From a virus (taxonomy: Duplodnaviria > Caudoviricetes), in the IMG/VR virus record IMGVR_UViG_3300025131_005047, positions 1-62,858 of that record: a stretch of DNA of 62,858 bases. One strand, written 5' to 3'. Each line of letters begins with the position of its first letter. Positions within the stretch are counted from its first letter, which is position 1. Below are positions 48,301 to 58,480 of the stretch, piece by piece. The position numbers were made by a program, and so were the translations under genes. The notes below the pieces were generated by a model. The model was not told where the DNA came from. It saw only the letters and a list, made by a program, of their open reading frames with translations, and did not search any database.

Positions 48301-49064
48301 CGTCTAATTTAATCGGTGGCCTAGGAAACTATCTATTTCAAATTGCAACTGCATATTCGTTAGCGGTGGATAATAATGATAGTATTGTTTATGACCCAGA
48401 AAAAACTGTTGTAGTGCATAACCATATTAGTACATATATGAATAATATACTTTATAATGTGCCTTTTGGTTCTGTTTTGGTGGAAAATGAATATCAGGAA
48501 CCACACTTTAACTATTCTCCGATTGAGTACAAGCCTAATCTCAACCTAAGTGGATACTACCAAAGTGAGAAATATTTTTTACATAATAGAGATAAGATAT
48601 TAGAATTATTTTCATTTGGTGAGTCAGTTAATAAATTGGTTAAGGACAAATATAATAACATTTTAAATATTAAAACTTGTGCTATCCATGTAAGAAGAGG
48701 CAATTATTTAATGTTACCTAATCATCATCCGGTATGTTCATTTGATTATTATCAACGTGCAATTACAGTAATGCCAAAAGATTGTGAATTTATAGTCTTT
48801 TCTGATGACTTAGAATGGTGTAAGAATAATTTTAGTAATATAGATAGAAAATTTCACTATATAGAAGATAATGTAGATTATGTAGATTTACTATTAATGT
48901 CTAAATGTGATAATAATATTATTGCAAATTCTAGTTTTTCGTGGTGGGGGGCTTGGTTAAACCAAAACCCAAACAAATTAATAATAAGTCCAAATAAATG
49001 GTTTGGTACTTCTATTAACCATAACACTGATAACTTAATACCAACAACATGGGTAAAACTATAA
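48294..49064 (+). CDS. GT11 alpha-1,2-fucosyl/colitosyltransferase
   Basis: GGLGNYLFQ, GYYQSEKYF, IHVRRG-x-Y, FSDD-x-x-WC, IIANSSFSWWGAWL. Confidence 0.92.
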   Translation: MVTSNLIGGLGNYLFQIATAYSLAVDNNDSIVYDPEKTVVVHNHISTYMNNILYNVPFGSVLVENEYQEPHFNYSPIEYKPNLNLSGYYQSEKYFLHNRDKILELFSFGESVNKLVKDKYNNILNIKTCAIHVRRGNYLMLPNHHPVCSFDYYQRAITVMPKDCEFIVFSDDLEWCKNNFSNIDRKFHYIEDNVDYVDLLLMSKCDNNIIANSSFSWWGAWLNQNPNKLIISPNKWFGTSINHNTDNLIPTTWVKL

Positions 49065-49798
49065 GAGCAAAAACATATGGATGTTTAGAACCAGAGTTAT
49101 ACTTTCATAAAAGTGTTAGTATCTCATCTGATACCACAGAACGCGACCCTACTGCAGAATTTAAAGTATTATTGCAATTAGAGCCCCCAAGTATTATAGA
49201 TTTAACAATACCAATAATTCAAAACCAATATCATTTTGATTTAATTTTAGCATGGAAGCAAGAAGTGTTAGATGGTTGTGAAAATAGTGCATTTCTACCT
49301 TTTGGTTCGTGTTGGATTGATGATAAAGACCATGGGGTTCATAAAAAAACTAAATTAGTTTCTATCATTGCGTCCCAAAAAAATATAACTATTGGGCATC
49401 AATTACGTCACGCTATTATAGCAAGAGATAAAACATTAGACTTATATGGTAGGGGCTATAATGCTATTGATAATAAAATAACCGCTTTAAAAGATTATAT
49501 GTTTTCTGTCATAATAGAGAATTCTACAACTAAAAATTACTTTAGTGAGAAAACAATAGATTGTTTAATTACCGGCACAGTTCCTGTTTTTTGGGGTTGT
49601 GAAAATATTTCGGATTTCTTTGATACAAGAGGTTTTATATTTTTTGATAGTGTAAAAGAGTATAAACAAATTAGAGACTCACTAACTAAAGAAAAATATC
49701 TTGAGATGTTACCTTATATTGAGAAGAACTATACTCTATCATTAAATTATATTAAATTTGCTAAACGAGTAGAAACAGAAATTGATAAAAGAATATGA
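49049..49798 (+). CDS. GT10-like alpha-1,3/4-fucosyltransferase domain protein
   Basis: YMFSVIIENS...YFSEK-x-IDC...TVPVFWG. Confidence 0.8.
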   Translation: MGKTIRAKTYGCLEPELYFHKSVSISSDTTERDPTAEFKVLLQLEPPSIIDLTIPIIQNQYHFDLILAWKQEVLDGCENSAFLPFGSCWIDDKDHGVHKKTKLVSIIASQKNITIGHQLRHAIIARDKTLDLYGRGYNAIDNKITALKDYMFSVIIENSTTKNYFSEKTIDCLITGTVPVFWGCENISDFFDTRGFIFFDSVKEYKQIRDSLTKEKYLEMLPYIEKNYTLSLNYIKFAKRVETEIDKRI

Positions 49799-51282
49799 AA
49801 GAAAAGGTATTAGTAATAATGGGACAACATAGAAGCGGTACCTCTGTTTTATCTGGATGCTTAAAAATATTAGGTAGTTATCTAGGTGTAGATTATCAAT
49901 CAGAAAAAGACCAGTATAACGAAAAAGGATATTTTGAAGGAAAATGGACAGACCACGTTAACAATACCATCTTAAATAAGATAGGCATGGAATGGAATAA
50001 TGCAATAGAGTTACCTAATAACTGGTACAATCACTCTAAGTTGGAGGAATTATATGGTGTGGTAAGAAACCATATACTTAAAGATTTAGAAAACAAACCA
50101 GAAGGAAGTTTCTATACGATAAAAGACCCTCGTATTTCATTAATTTTACCTTTTTATATTAGAGTGTTCACACAGTTAAATCTTGACCCTAAATTTATAT
50201 TTTCCGACAGAGAAAACGCTGAAATGACAGAATCGTTAGTTAAGAGAGACAATTTAAATCCTGATTCTCTTGATACTTTATTTAATTATCACAGACATTA
50301 TTGTAAGAAGTATATTGGTGATGAAGACATAATCTGGACTAATACCTTCAAAAATATATTATATAAACCCATTAATTTTTTAAAATATATTATAAATAAA
50401 TTTGACTTGCCTGATAATATAAATAAAACAACCAAAAAAGAGATATTAGAATTTATAGATAAAAAATTAAAACATAATCATAGTAAAAGTAATGTTAAGG
50501 TTATATGCACTTACTTCGGTCATAGAAGAACTAATATTGTTTACGGACATAGTGAAACTCATAGCGGAGAAATACCAAAACATTCAGGTGTAGAACACAC
50601 TATTAACTTTATTAAAGATTTAATAGAAAATGAAAGAGCTGTTGATTCCGGTGTCTTTATGGATACTATATTTGTTAACCATAATGTAAGTGAAATAACG
50701 AAAGATAAAGAAGCTAAAAAATTTTTAAAAGAAATAGATGGAACGCCGACTAGAAATGGCGTTATTAAAGTTCTAAATAGGCCATGGAATAATGGTATTG
50801 GTGGTGGTTTTGGCTCATTTAATTATGTTTATCAAAAACATAAAAAAGATTATGAATATTGGTTTTTTACCGAAGATAATGTAATTCAAACAAAAGATAA
50901 CTATTTTAAACAATCCATAACTCAACTAGATAATAATGATAGAGTAGGTTACATATGTGGATATAGACACACTAGCTTAAAACAAAACACCCACACAAAA
51001 GCACATTGTCACGGTGGTTGTGGTGCTACCCATATTACCCATTTAAATAAAGTAAATGGACATCATGGCTCCTTATCTTATTACCCAGAACCATATAGTG
51101 AGAAAATGTTAGAAAATATTAATGATATGGAGGCATTTGGTAGTCATGCTTGGGCATGGTACAGTGGTTTTGAGGACCAAGGTGAGGTAGGTTTCACCTA
51201 TTCATTTATTGAATCTGGTTTACTCCTACAAGATATACAGATGGAGGATAAATTTTGTTGTTACTATGGAGACTGTTACTAA
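49795..51282 (+). CDS. Sulfotransferase-family protein fused to a GT-A-like domain
   Basis: N-terminal VMGQHRSGTS...N-x-KGYFE...KDPR; C-terminal NRP...N-x-G...GSFNY...WFFTEDN. Confidence 0.75.
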   Translation: MKEKVLVIMGQHRSGTSVLSGCLKILGSYLGVDYQSEKDQYNEKGYFEGKWTDHVNNTILNKIGMEWNNAIELPNNWYNHSKLEELYGVVRNHILKDLENKPEGSFYTIKDPRISLILPFYIRVFTQLNLDPKFIFSDRENAEMTESLVKRDNLNPDSLDTLFNYHRHYCKKYIGDEDIIWTNTFKNILYKPINFLKYIINKFDLPDNINKTTKKEILEFIDKKLKHNHSKSNVKVICTYFGHRRTNIVYGHSETHSGEIPKHSGVEHTINFIKDLIENERAVDSGVFMDTIFVNHNVSEITKDKEAKKFLKEIDGTPTRNGVIKVLNRPWNNGIGGGFGSFNYVYQKHKKDYEYWFFTEDNVIQTKDNYFKQSITQLDNNDRVGYICGYRHTSLKQNTHTKAHCHGGCGATHITHLNKVNGHHGSLSYYPEPYSEKMLENINDMEAFGSHAWAWYSGFEDQGEVGFTYSFIESGLLLQDIQMEDKFCCYYGDCY

Positions 51283-52088
51283 TGATTTCAATTTGTATAC
51301 CAACATATAATCGTAAAGGAGATGAACATGATGAGACCTACAATAATCTCACTATGTTAGTTGATTTATTTAAAAGTATTGAGAGTCAAACGTATACTAA
51401 TTATGAAGTTATAGTTTCAGACCACTCTATAGATGGTAGTATTAAAGAGGTTTGTGATGTTTGGATTGATAAAATTAATATAAAATATTTCTTAAATAGT
51501 AAAAACCATGGTAGTTGTGAAGCCAATCTTAATTATGCAATAACTAAGTCCATTGGAGACTACATAAAACCTATGTTACAGGATGATTATTTTAGTTCAC
51601 CAGAGTCTCTAATGATTTTAGTTAACACATTAAAAAATAATAAGAATAAATGGATAGCTTGTGGTTGTTTACACATTAACGAAAATGACCCTACACCATT
51701 TAATCCCCACCCACCTAGATTAAATGACCCACGACAGTTATTAAATGGTATAAATCTTATTGGGAGTCCAGTGGTTGTGATGTATAAAAAAGAAATGGAT
51801 TTATTGTTTGACCATAACTTAATTTGGTTAATGGATGTTGAGTTTTATTATAGGGCTCTCAAAAACTATGGACCACCTATTCTTATAGATGATATGTTAT
51901 TAGTAACACGATTAAGAAAAGATGGAATAACCAATACAATGATAACCCAAGATATTATTGATGAAGAGACTAACTACTGTAACCGTAAAAATCTTGATGG
52001 GGTAAAGATTAACTTAGACGAATACCCATCGATGAACAATAGAATTAAAAAATTTAAGAGTAAAAACTTTATTTCGTCTAAAAAATAG
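51282..52088 (+). CDS. GT2 family glycosyltransferase
   Basis: Start at ATG 51282 (TAATG overlap); ISICIPTYNR, VIVSDHS, NLN-x-AI, QDD, WLMDVEFY. Confidence 0.88.
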   Translation: MISICIPTYNRKGDEHDETYNNLTMLVDLFKSIESQTYTNYEVIVSDHSIDGSIKEVCDVWIDKINIKYFLNSKNHGSCEANLNYAITKSIGDYIKPMLQDDYFSSPESLMILVNTLKNNKNKWIACGCLHINENDPTPFNPHPPRLNDPRQLLNGINLIGSPVVVMYKKEMDLLFDHNLIWLMDVEFYYRALKNYGPPILIDDMLLVTRLRKDGITNTMITQDIIDEETNYCNRKNLDGVKINLDEYPSMNNRIKKFKSKNFISSKK

Positions 52089-52120
52089 AGTATGATTATA
52101 ATGAAAAAAAGTAAGAATTC

Positions 52121-53314
52121 GTGAAAAGAGAACAAATTAATTTATTTAAAGTAAGGATGTCAAAAGAGGCTGCAATCGACGCTTCTAAAATTTTAAATTC
52201 TGGGTACATTGGACAAGGTCCTGTAGTCGACGAATTTGAAGAAAAATTAAAAGAAAGGTTTAAAACTGATTATGTTGTAACAACGAACGCTGCAACTTCT
52301 GCAGAACACTTAGCTATTCATATGTTGAAAACCCCTAACACTATAAGAAAAGATGTGCAGGAATATGGTTATGGTGTTCAATCATATTGGCCTGGTATTG
52401 AAGAAGGTGATGAAGTACTTGCAACCCCACTAACTTGTACCGCTACTAATTTTCCAATCTTAGCTAATGGTATGAAAATTAAATGGGTGGATGTAGATGA
52501 AAAAACCTTAAATATGGATTTAGATGATTTAGCAAGAAAAATCACACCAAAAACAAAAATTATTTTTGTTGTTCACTGGGGTGGATATCCTGTAGATTTA
52601 GATAGATTAAAAGAAATACAAGAACAGGCAAGAAAGGATTTTGGATTTAAACCAGCCATAATTGAGGATTGTGCTCATGCTTTTGGTAGTAAGTTCAAAA
52701 ACCAGCCTCTAGGAAGTCATGGTAATATTTGTACGTTTAGTTTTCAAGCTATTAAACATATGACCTCAGTTGATGGTGGATGCTTGGTGATTCCTCACCA
52801 AAAACTTTATAATAGAGCTAAATTATTAAGATGGTATGGTATAGATAGAGAAACTAACAGTAAAGATTTTAGATGTGAAGCAGATATTCCAGAGTGGGGA
52901 TTTAAATTTCATATGAATGATGTTAACGCCTCGGTTGGTTTAGCAAATTTAAAGGAGGTAGACAAAGAAGTGTTAGCTAAACATAAAGATAATGCAAAGT
53001 TTTATGATGAAAATCTTAAAAATGTTCCAGGCATAACGTTATTAGAAAGAGATAAAAGAATGGACTCAACATTCTGGGTATATTCTTTTTTAGTAGATAG
53101 AAAGAGTGACTTTATGGATTATATGAAAGAATGTAAAATAATGGTAAGTCAAGTACATGAAAGAAATGATATTCATTCGTGTGTTAGGGAATTTAAAACC
53201 CAATTACCTACATTAGATAAAATTCAGCCAAGACTTATTTCTATTCCTGTTGGTTGGTGGGTAACTACAGAAGAGAGAAAATATATTGTTGATTGTATAA
53301 AAAAAGGTTGGTAA
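52121..53314 (+). CDS. DegT/DnrJ/EryC1 PLP-dependent sugar aminotransferase (perosamine-synthase-like)
   Basis: VHWGGYP, IIEDCAHA, FSFQAIKH (PLP Lys retained), DGG. Confidence 0.9.
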   Translation: MKREQINLFKVRMSKEAAIDASKILNSGYIGQGPVVDEFEEKLKERFKTDYVVTTNAATSAEHLAIHMLKTPNTIRKDVQEYGYGVQSYWPGIEEGDEVLATPLTCTATNFPILANGMKIKWVDVDEKTLNMDLDDLARKITPKTKIIFVVHWGGYPVDLDRLKEIQEQARKDFGFKPAIIEDCAHAFGSKFKNQPLGSHGNICTFSFQAIKHMTSVDGGCLVIPHQKLYNRAKLLRWYGIDRETNSKDFRCEADIPEWGFKFHMNDVNASVGLANLKEVDKEVLAKHKDNAKFYDENLKNVPGITLLERDKRMDSTFWVYSFLVDRKSDFMDYMKECKIMVSQVHERNDIHSCVREFKTQLPTLDKIQPRLISIPVGWWVTTEERKYIVDCIKKGW

Positions 53315-53529
53315 TGGCAGTAGATTTAGAATCGTCAATAAAAGAACAAGGCCAATGGGTTACTAAAATAATTCATTTTGTACATGGAGAAAAAAGAACA
53401 ATAGAGGGGGTTCATACCCACACTGTTAGGCAGGGACAATTCACTAAATTTAAATTAAAAGATAATAGTTATCTTATGGTGAATGATAAAAACGTACTTA
53501 TGATAGAAGTATTTAGTGAAAAAATATAA
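53314..53529 (+). CDS. Hypothetical protein
   Basis: Likely start ATG 53314 (TAATG overlap): MAVDLESSIKEQG. Confidence 0.65.
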   Translation: MAVDLESSIKEQGQWVTKIIHFVHGEKRTIEGVHTHTVRQGQFTKFKLKDNSYLMVNDKNVLMIEVFSEKI

Positions 53530-53531
53530 AA

Positions 53532-54119
53532 ATGTACTCAACAGAAATGTATTCAGAACCAAAACACATTGTATCTTCATATAATGTAAATGATATAGGT
53601 AAAAGCTTATATGATTTAGTAATCCAACACAAACCATTAAAAATAATAGATTTTGGAGTCCTTTATGGGTACTCCACGGTATGTCTTGCACAAGCTGTAC
53701 ACGATAATGGTTTTGGTGAAATAATTGCGTATGACCTTTTTGAAGATTATGAATATAAGAATGGGGTTAAAGATGTGGTAAAACACAACCTAGATTTTTA
53801 TAAATGTAAACATCTAGTAAAACTAGAACAAAATGATTTCTATAAATGGTTAGATAATCCAACACCGTTTGATTTATTACATGTTGATATTTCTAATACT
53901 GGAGACATTCTAATTGATATAAAAAATAAATTAGGTAAATTCATAGACAATGGTTCTATCGTAGTTTTTGAGGGTGGTGGTGAAATACGGGACAATATTG
54001 CTTGGATGGAAAAATATAACTCTACAAAAATGTTTCCTCTTAAAGAAACACTAAACTATAAAATTATCCGAGAAGAGTATCCTACTCTTTCGGTTTTTAA
54101 AAATAATAAAATACTATAA
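53532..54119 (+). CDS. Class I SAM-dependent methyltransferase
   Basis: IIDFGVLYGYST, AYDLF, FDLLHVDI. Confidence 0.75.
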   Translation: MYSTEMYSEPKHIVSSYNVNDIGKSLYDLVIQHKPLKIIDFGVLYGYSTVCLAQAVHDNGFGEIIAYDLFEDYEYKNGVKDVVKHNLDFYKCKHLVKLEQNDFYKWLDNPTPFDLLHVDISNTGDILIDIKNKLGKFIDNGSIVVFEGGGEIRDNIAWMEKYNSTKMFPLKETLNYKIIREEYPTLSVFKNNKIL

Positions 54120-54120
54120 T

Positions 54121-54666
54121 ATGGCACCAATATCCCAACTAGGCCAAGAGGTCTTTGTCCTTAATCAAACTAATCATAAAAAATATGGAACTTTTGTAGA
54201 TGTGGGTGGCGGACATCCCAAACTAATAAATAATACTTTTACATTAGAAAAAGATTATTTATGGTGGGGAATATCTCTAGACATTGGTCCACCATATACT
54301 CATGAATGTGACAAAATGACAATGCAAGAATATATTGATTTTTGGAACTCTGAACGAACTACTCCTATAGTGATTGGTGACGCATTAAAAATAGATTTTG
54401 TAAAACTTTTTGAGGATAATTCTTTGCCTACCACTATTGATTATTTATCTTTAGATTTAGACCCTCCGGTAGTAACTTATGAGTGTCTTAAACTTATTCC
54501 TTTTGATAAATATAAATTTAATATTATAACATTTGAAACAGATTATTATAGAGAAAAAACTACTAGAGAGCCTTCTAGAAAATTATTGGCAAGTCATGGT
54601 TATACACTTGCGACAACCCAAGGTGGTCAATTAGAGCAAGAGGATTGGTATATTAGAAAAGATTAA
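54121..54666 (+). CDS. FkbM-family methyltransferase-like protein
   Basis: SQLGQE, GTFVDVG...NNT-x-x-LE, IDYLSLDLD, ITFE, EDWY. Confidence 0.75.
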   Translation: MAPISQLGQEVFVLNQTNHKKYGTFVDVGGGHPKLINNTFTLEKDYLWWGISLDIGPPYTHECDKMTMQEYIDFWNSERTTPIVIGDALKIDFVKLFEDNSLPTTIDYLSLDLDPPVVTYECLKLIPFDKYKFNIITFETDYYREKTTREPSRKLLASHGYTLATTQGGQLEQEDWYIRKD

Positions 54667-54668
54667 TT

Positions 54669-55808
54669 ATGATAAAACTAGTAAATGACACTATAAACGA
54701 AAAAGATATAGATAAACTAATTGAATGGTTAAGCACTTATCCTAGACTAACCAAAGGCCCTTTAACTCTAGAATTTGAGAAGAAGTGGTCGAAATGGCTC
54801 GGAGTTGACTTTACTATATTCTGTAACTCCGGCTCATCCGCTAATCTTTTAATGTTGTGGGCACTTATAGAATGTGAAAGAATTAATAGAGATGCAAAAA
54901 TAGTAGTTCCTTCAGCTTCTTGGTCAACAGACCTATCCCCAGTAATACAGTTGGGCATGACACCAATTTTATGTGATGCAAATCTGGAAGACTTGTCAGT
55001 AGATTTAGACCATTTAGAAAGAATATTTAAAGAAACTAATCCAGATGTTTTACTATTAGTCTCTGTTCTAGGGATTGTTCCAAAAATGGATAGAATAATA
55101 GAATTATGTGAAGAACACGATGTAATTCTTTTGGAGGACACTTGTGAAAGTATGGGGTCAAAATACAAAAATAAAAAATTAGGCACATTCGGTATTATGT
55201 CTAGTTTCTCTACCTATTTTGGACACCATATGTCAACTATAGAAGGTGGTTTAATATCTACTAATGATGAAGAATTATATGAAGTCTTAAAATGCATTAG
55301 AAGTCATGGTTGGGATAGAGATTCTAGTAAAGAATATAGTGCACATTTAAGAAGTTCTTGGGATACCTCAGATTTTGATGCATTATACACTTTCTATCAT
55401 GCAGGATTTAATCTAAGGTCTACTGACTTACAATCCTTTATAGGTTTGGGGCAGATTGATAAACTGGATAAAATCTGTTTAAAGCGAAATAAAAATTTTA
55501 AAATTTATAATGAGTTACTATCAGACTTTTTACCTTATATTAAAGATAATGGGTTTATATCTAATTTTGCTTATCCGGTAATAACTAAAGACAGAGATAA
55601 AATTATTAAAAAGCTACAAGATGTTAATATAGAAGTTAGACCTATGATTTGTGGTTCCATGGGTACACAACCCTTCTATGTAAAAAGATTTGGAAAAAAA
55701 GAATTACCTAATGTTTCAATGATTGATAGGTATGGTTTCTACATACCTAACCATCCAGAACTCACTAGGAAACAAATAAATAAAATAGTTAACATAATAA
55801 AAGAATAA
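54669..55808 (+). CDS. colD: GDP-4-keto-6-deoxy-D-mannose 3-dehydratase (ColD-like)
   Basis: DegT fold with His in place of the PLP Lys (FSTYFGHHMSTIEGG); NSGSSANL, LLEDTCES, RSHGWDR. Lacks the Cys motif of the CDP-sugar E1 enzyme; adjacent to gmd. Confidence 0.8.
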   Translation: MIKLVNDTINEKDIDKLIEWLSTYPRLTKGPLTLEFEKKWSKWLGVDFTIFCNSGSSANLLMLWALIECERINRDAKIVVPSASWSTDLSPVIQLGMTPILCDANLEDLSVDLDHLERIFKETNPDVLLLVSVLGIVPKMDRIIELCEEHDVILLEDTCESMGSKYKNKKLGTFGIMSSFSTYFGHHMSTIEGGLISTNDEELYEVLKCIRSHGWDRDSSKEYSAHLRSSWDTSDFDALYTFYHAGFNLRSTDLQSFIGLGQIDKLDKICLKRNKNFKIYNELLSDFLPYIKDNGFISNFAYPVITKDRDKIIKKLQDVNIEVRPMICGSMGTQPFYVKRFGKKELPNVSMIDRYGFYIPNHPELTRKQINKIVNIIKE

Positions 55809-55811
55809 TAA

Positions 55812-56813
55812 ATGTATATGTTGGGAGACGGTAACAAGAAGAAAGTTGCTTTAATAACAGGAATAAACGGACAAGATGGTTCGTATCTTGCAGAATTATT
55901 ATTAGATAAAGATTACGAAGTATGGGGCATTCTTAAAAGGAATTCTGTTTCAGAAAATCAAACATCTAGAATTTCCGATGAAATATTTAATAGAATAAAT
56001 TTAGAGTATGGAGATATGTTGGATATGCCTTCTTTACTTAAGGTATTACAGAAATGTAATCCAGATGAAATTTATAATCTTGCAGCCCAATCCCATGTAA
56101 GAATAAGTTTTGACCAACCAGTATATACCACACATTCAATAGCAACTGGAACCCTAAATCTTCTTGAATCTATAAAAATTATTTGTCCTAAAACTAAAAT
56201 GTACCAGGCAAGTAGTTCAGAAATGTTTGGTAATAATATCGATGACGATGGGTATCAAAGAGAAACTACTCCTATGAACCCAGTATCTCCTTATGGTTGT
56301 GCAAAAGTTTACGCTTATAACTTATGTAGAAATTATAGAAACTCATATGGAATGTTTGTCTCTAATGGAATTTTATTTAATCATGAGTCCCCTAGAAGGG
56401 GTAGTAATTTTGTAACTGGTAAAGTAGCAAAAGAAGTCGCAAAAATAAAACTAGGGATAACTAATAAATTAAGTTTAGGAAATCTAGAAGCTAGTAGAGA
56501 TTGGGGCCATGCGAAAGATTATGTAAAAGCAATGTGGTTAATACTGCAACAAAATAATCCCGATGATTATGTATGTGCAACTGGAATATCTCATACTGTA
56601 AAAGATTTAGTTTTACATGTTTTTAATAGGGTTGGATTAGATTGGGAAACTTATGTAACTACAAATGAAAAATATTATAGACCTGAAGAATTAAAACATT
56701 TAAAAGGAGATTGTACAAAAATAAAGAATAACTTGAACTGGGCCCCCACGTATACTTTTGAGTCTATGATGGATGAAATGGTGGACTACTGGTTAGATAA
56801 ATTATCAAAATAA
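55812..56813 (+). CDS. gmd: GDP-mannose 4,6-dehydratase
   Basis: ITGINGQDGSYL, NLAAQSHV, QASSSEMFG, PYGCAK, FNHESPRRG, RDWGHA. Confidence 0.97.
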   Translation: MYMLGDGNKKKVALITGINGQDGSYLAELLLDKDYEVWGILKRNSVSENQTSRISDEIFNRINLEYGDMLDMPSLLKVLQKCNPDEIYNLAAQSHVRISFDQPVYTTHSIATGTLNLLESIKIICPKTKMYQASSSEMFGNNIDDDGYQRETTPMNPVSPYGCAKVYAYNLCRNYRNSYGMFVSNGILFNHESPRRGSNFVTGKVAKEVAKIKLGITNKLSLGNLEASRDWGHAKDYVKAMWLILQQNNPDDYVCATGISHTVKDLVLHVFNRVGLDWETYVTTNEKYYRPEELKHLKGDCTKIKNNLNWAPTYTFESMMDEMVDYWLDKLSK

Positions 56814-56814
56814 A

Positions 56815-57717
56815 ATGAAAAGATTAATTACTGGAGGAAGTGGACTTGTTGGTTCTACTATAGATGCAGAGATAAAATTAGGGTCTCGTGATGGTGATTT
56901 AAGAAAATGGTCACAAGTACAAAATATTTTTGAAACCCACAAACCAACTCACGTAATTCATTGCGCTGCTCGTGTTGGGGGAGTTGGTGGCAATATAAAA
57001 GCTAAAGGGGAATTCTTTTATGATAATATAATGATAAACACGAATGTTTTAGAAGCGTGTAGATTATATAATGTAAAAAAAGTTGTTTCTTTTTTATCTA
57101 CCTGTATATTTCCAGATTCTATTGATTATCCATTAACGGAGAAAAAGATTCATCTGGGTGCTCCTCATTGGTCTAATTATGGTTATGCTTATTCTAAAAG
57201 AATGTTAGACGTACAAACTGAAGTATATAGAGACCAATATAATGTAAATTTTGTAAGTGTTATACCCACCAACATTTATGGTCCAAATGATAATTTTAAT
57301 CTCGATAATGGACATGTTATTCCGTCACTTATTCACAAATGTTATTTAGCTAAAATAAATAACAGTGACTTTGAGGTGTGGGGTAGTGGTAATCCTTTAA
57401 GAGAATTTATATACTCTAAAGATATTGGTAAACTAACTAATTGGGCATTAGAAAATTATGACGAGTCTGAACCTATAATCTTCTCAACGTCTCAGGAAAT
57501 ATCTATTAAAAATTTGGTTGGGTTGATAGTAGATAATATGAAGTTTACTGGTAAAGTGGTATTTGATACGACCAAACCAGAAGGTCAATTTAGGAAACCT
57601 GCGGATAACTCCAAACTAAAAAGTTATTTGCCTGATTTTGAATTTACTTCAGTAGAAACTGGAATTAAAGAAACTGTTGAGTGGTTTATAACAAATTATG
57701 AAAATTGTAGAAAATAA
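56815..57717 (+). CDS. fcl: GDP-L-fucose synthase / GDP-L-colitose synthase (Fcl/ColC)
   Basis: GGSGLVG, AARVGG, LSTCIFP, YAYSK, PTNIYGP-x-DNF, HVIPSL, WGSG-x-PLREF. Confidence 0.92.
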   Translation: MKRLITGGSGLVGSTIDAEIKLGSRDGDLRKWSQVQNIFETHKPTHVIHCAARVGGVGGNIKAKGEFFYDNIMINTNVLEACRLYNVKKVVSFLSTCIFPDSIDYPLTEKKIHLGAPHWSNYGYAYSKRMLDVQTEVYRDQYNVNFVSVIPTNIYGPNDNFNLDNGHVIPSLIHKCYLAKINNSDFEVWGSGNPLREFIYSKDIGKLTNWALENYDESEPIIFSTSQEISIKNLVGLIVDNMKFTGKVVFDTTKPEGQFRKPADNSKLKSYLPDFEFTSVETGIKETVEWFITNYENCRK

Positions 57718-57722
57718 ATAAA

Positions 57723-58472
57723 TTGGGAAAACGGAATAAAAAATTAAGTAAAGAAGAAAAACAGGAGGTAGAAGCATGGATTTACCAAAATAATACAGAA
57801 GAAAGTAGAATGACTGACACTATGACAATAAATGTTAAGTGTAAAACAGTCAATCAAAAATCATTAGTAAATTCTATAAAAGAAAATGAAGTAACTATAT
57901 GTTCTGGACCAGCAGGTACTGGTAAAACATATTTAGCATGTGCAGAAGCATTAAAACTTATTAAACGTTATGCTAAATATAGAAAAATAATTATAGTGAA
58001 GTCTGTAACCACACTTAAAAATGAAGAGATAGGATTTCTAAAAGGTGGGTTACGTGAGAAAATGGAACCGTTTATGTTTTCTTTTGTTCATAATTTTGAA
58101 AAATTAATAGGACAAACTATAACCTCAAGACTACGAGAATTAAAAACTATAGAAGAAATGCCTATAGCATATATGAGAGGCATTAATTTAGATAGGTCTG
58201 TTATTATTATAGATGAAGCACAAAATATATCTCAAGACAATATAAGAACTATAATGACTAGGCTTGGAAAAGACTCTAAAATGATATTTTTAGGGGATGA
58301 GAGACAACAAGATTCTAAAGGAGGCAATGGCTTAACTTTTCTTATGGACCACTTTACTGATATAGAAGAAATAGGTTGTGTACAATTTAATAAATCAGAT
58401 GTTGTAAGAAATCCATTGATTGCTAAAATAGAAAGAGTTTTTGATTCTTTACAAAATAGAAAAAAACTTTAA
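57723..58472 (+). CDS. phoH: PhoH-family ATPase
   Basis: GPAGTGKT, IGFLKG, AYMRG, IIDEAQN, TRLG, GD-x-x-Q, DVVRN. Confidence 0.93.
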   Translation: MGKRNKKLSKEEKQEVEAWIYQNNTEESRMTDTMTINVKCKTVNQKSLVNSIKENEVTICSGPAGTGKTYLACAEALKLIKRYAKYRKIIIVKSVTTLKNEEIGFLKGGLREKMEPFMFSFVHNFEKLIGQTITSRLRELKTIEEMPIAYMRGINLDRSVIIIDEAQNISQDNIRTIMTRLGKDSKMIFLGDERQQDSKGGNGLTFLMDHFTDIEEIGCVQFNKSDVVRNPLIAKIERVFDSLQNRKKL

Positions 58473-58480
58473 CTTTAACT

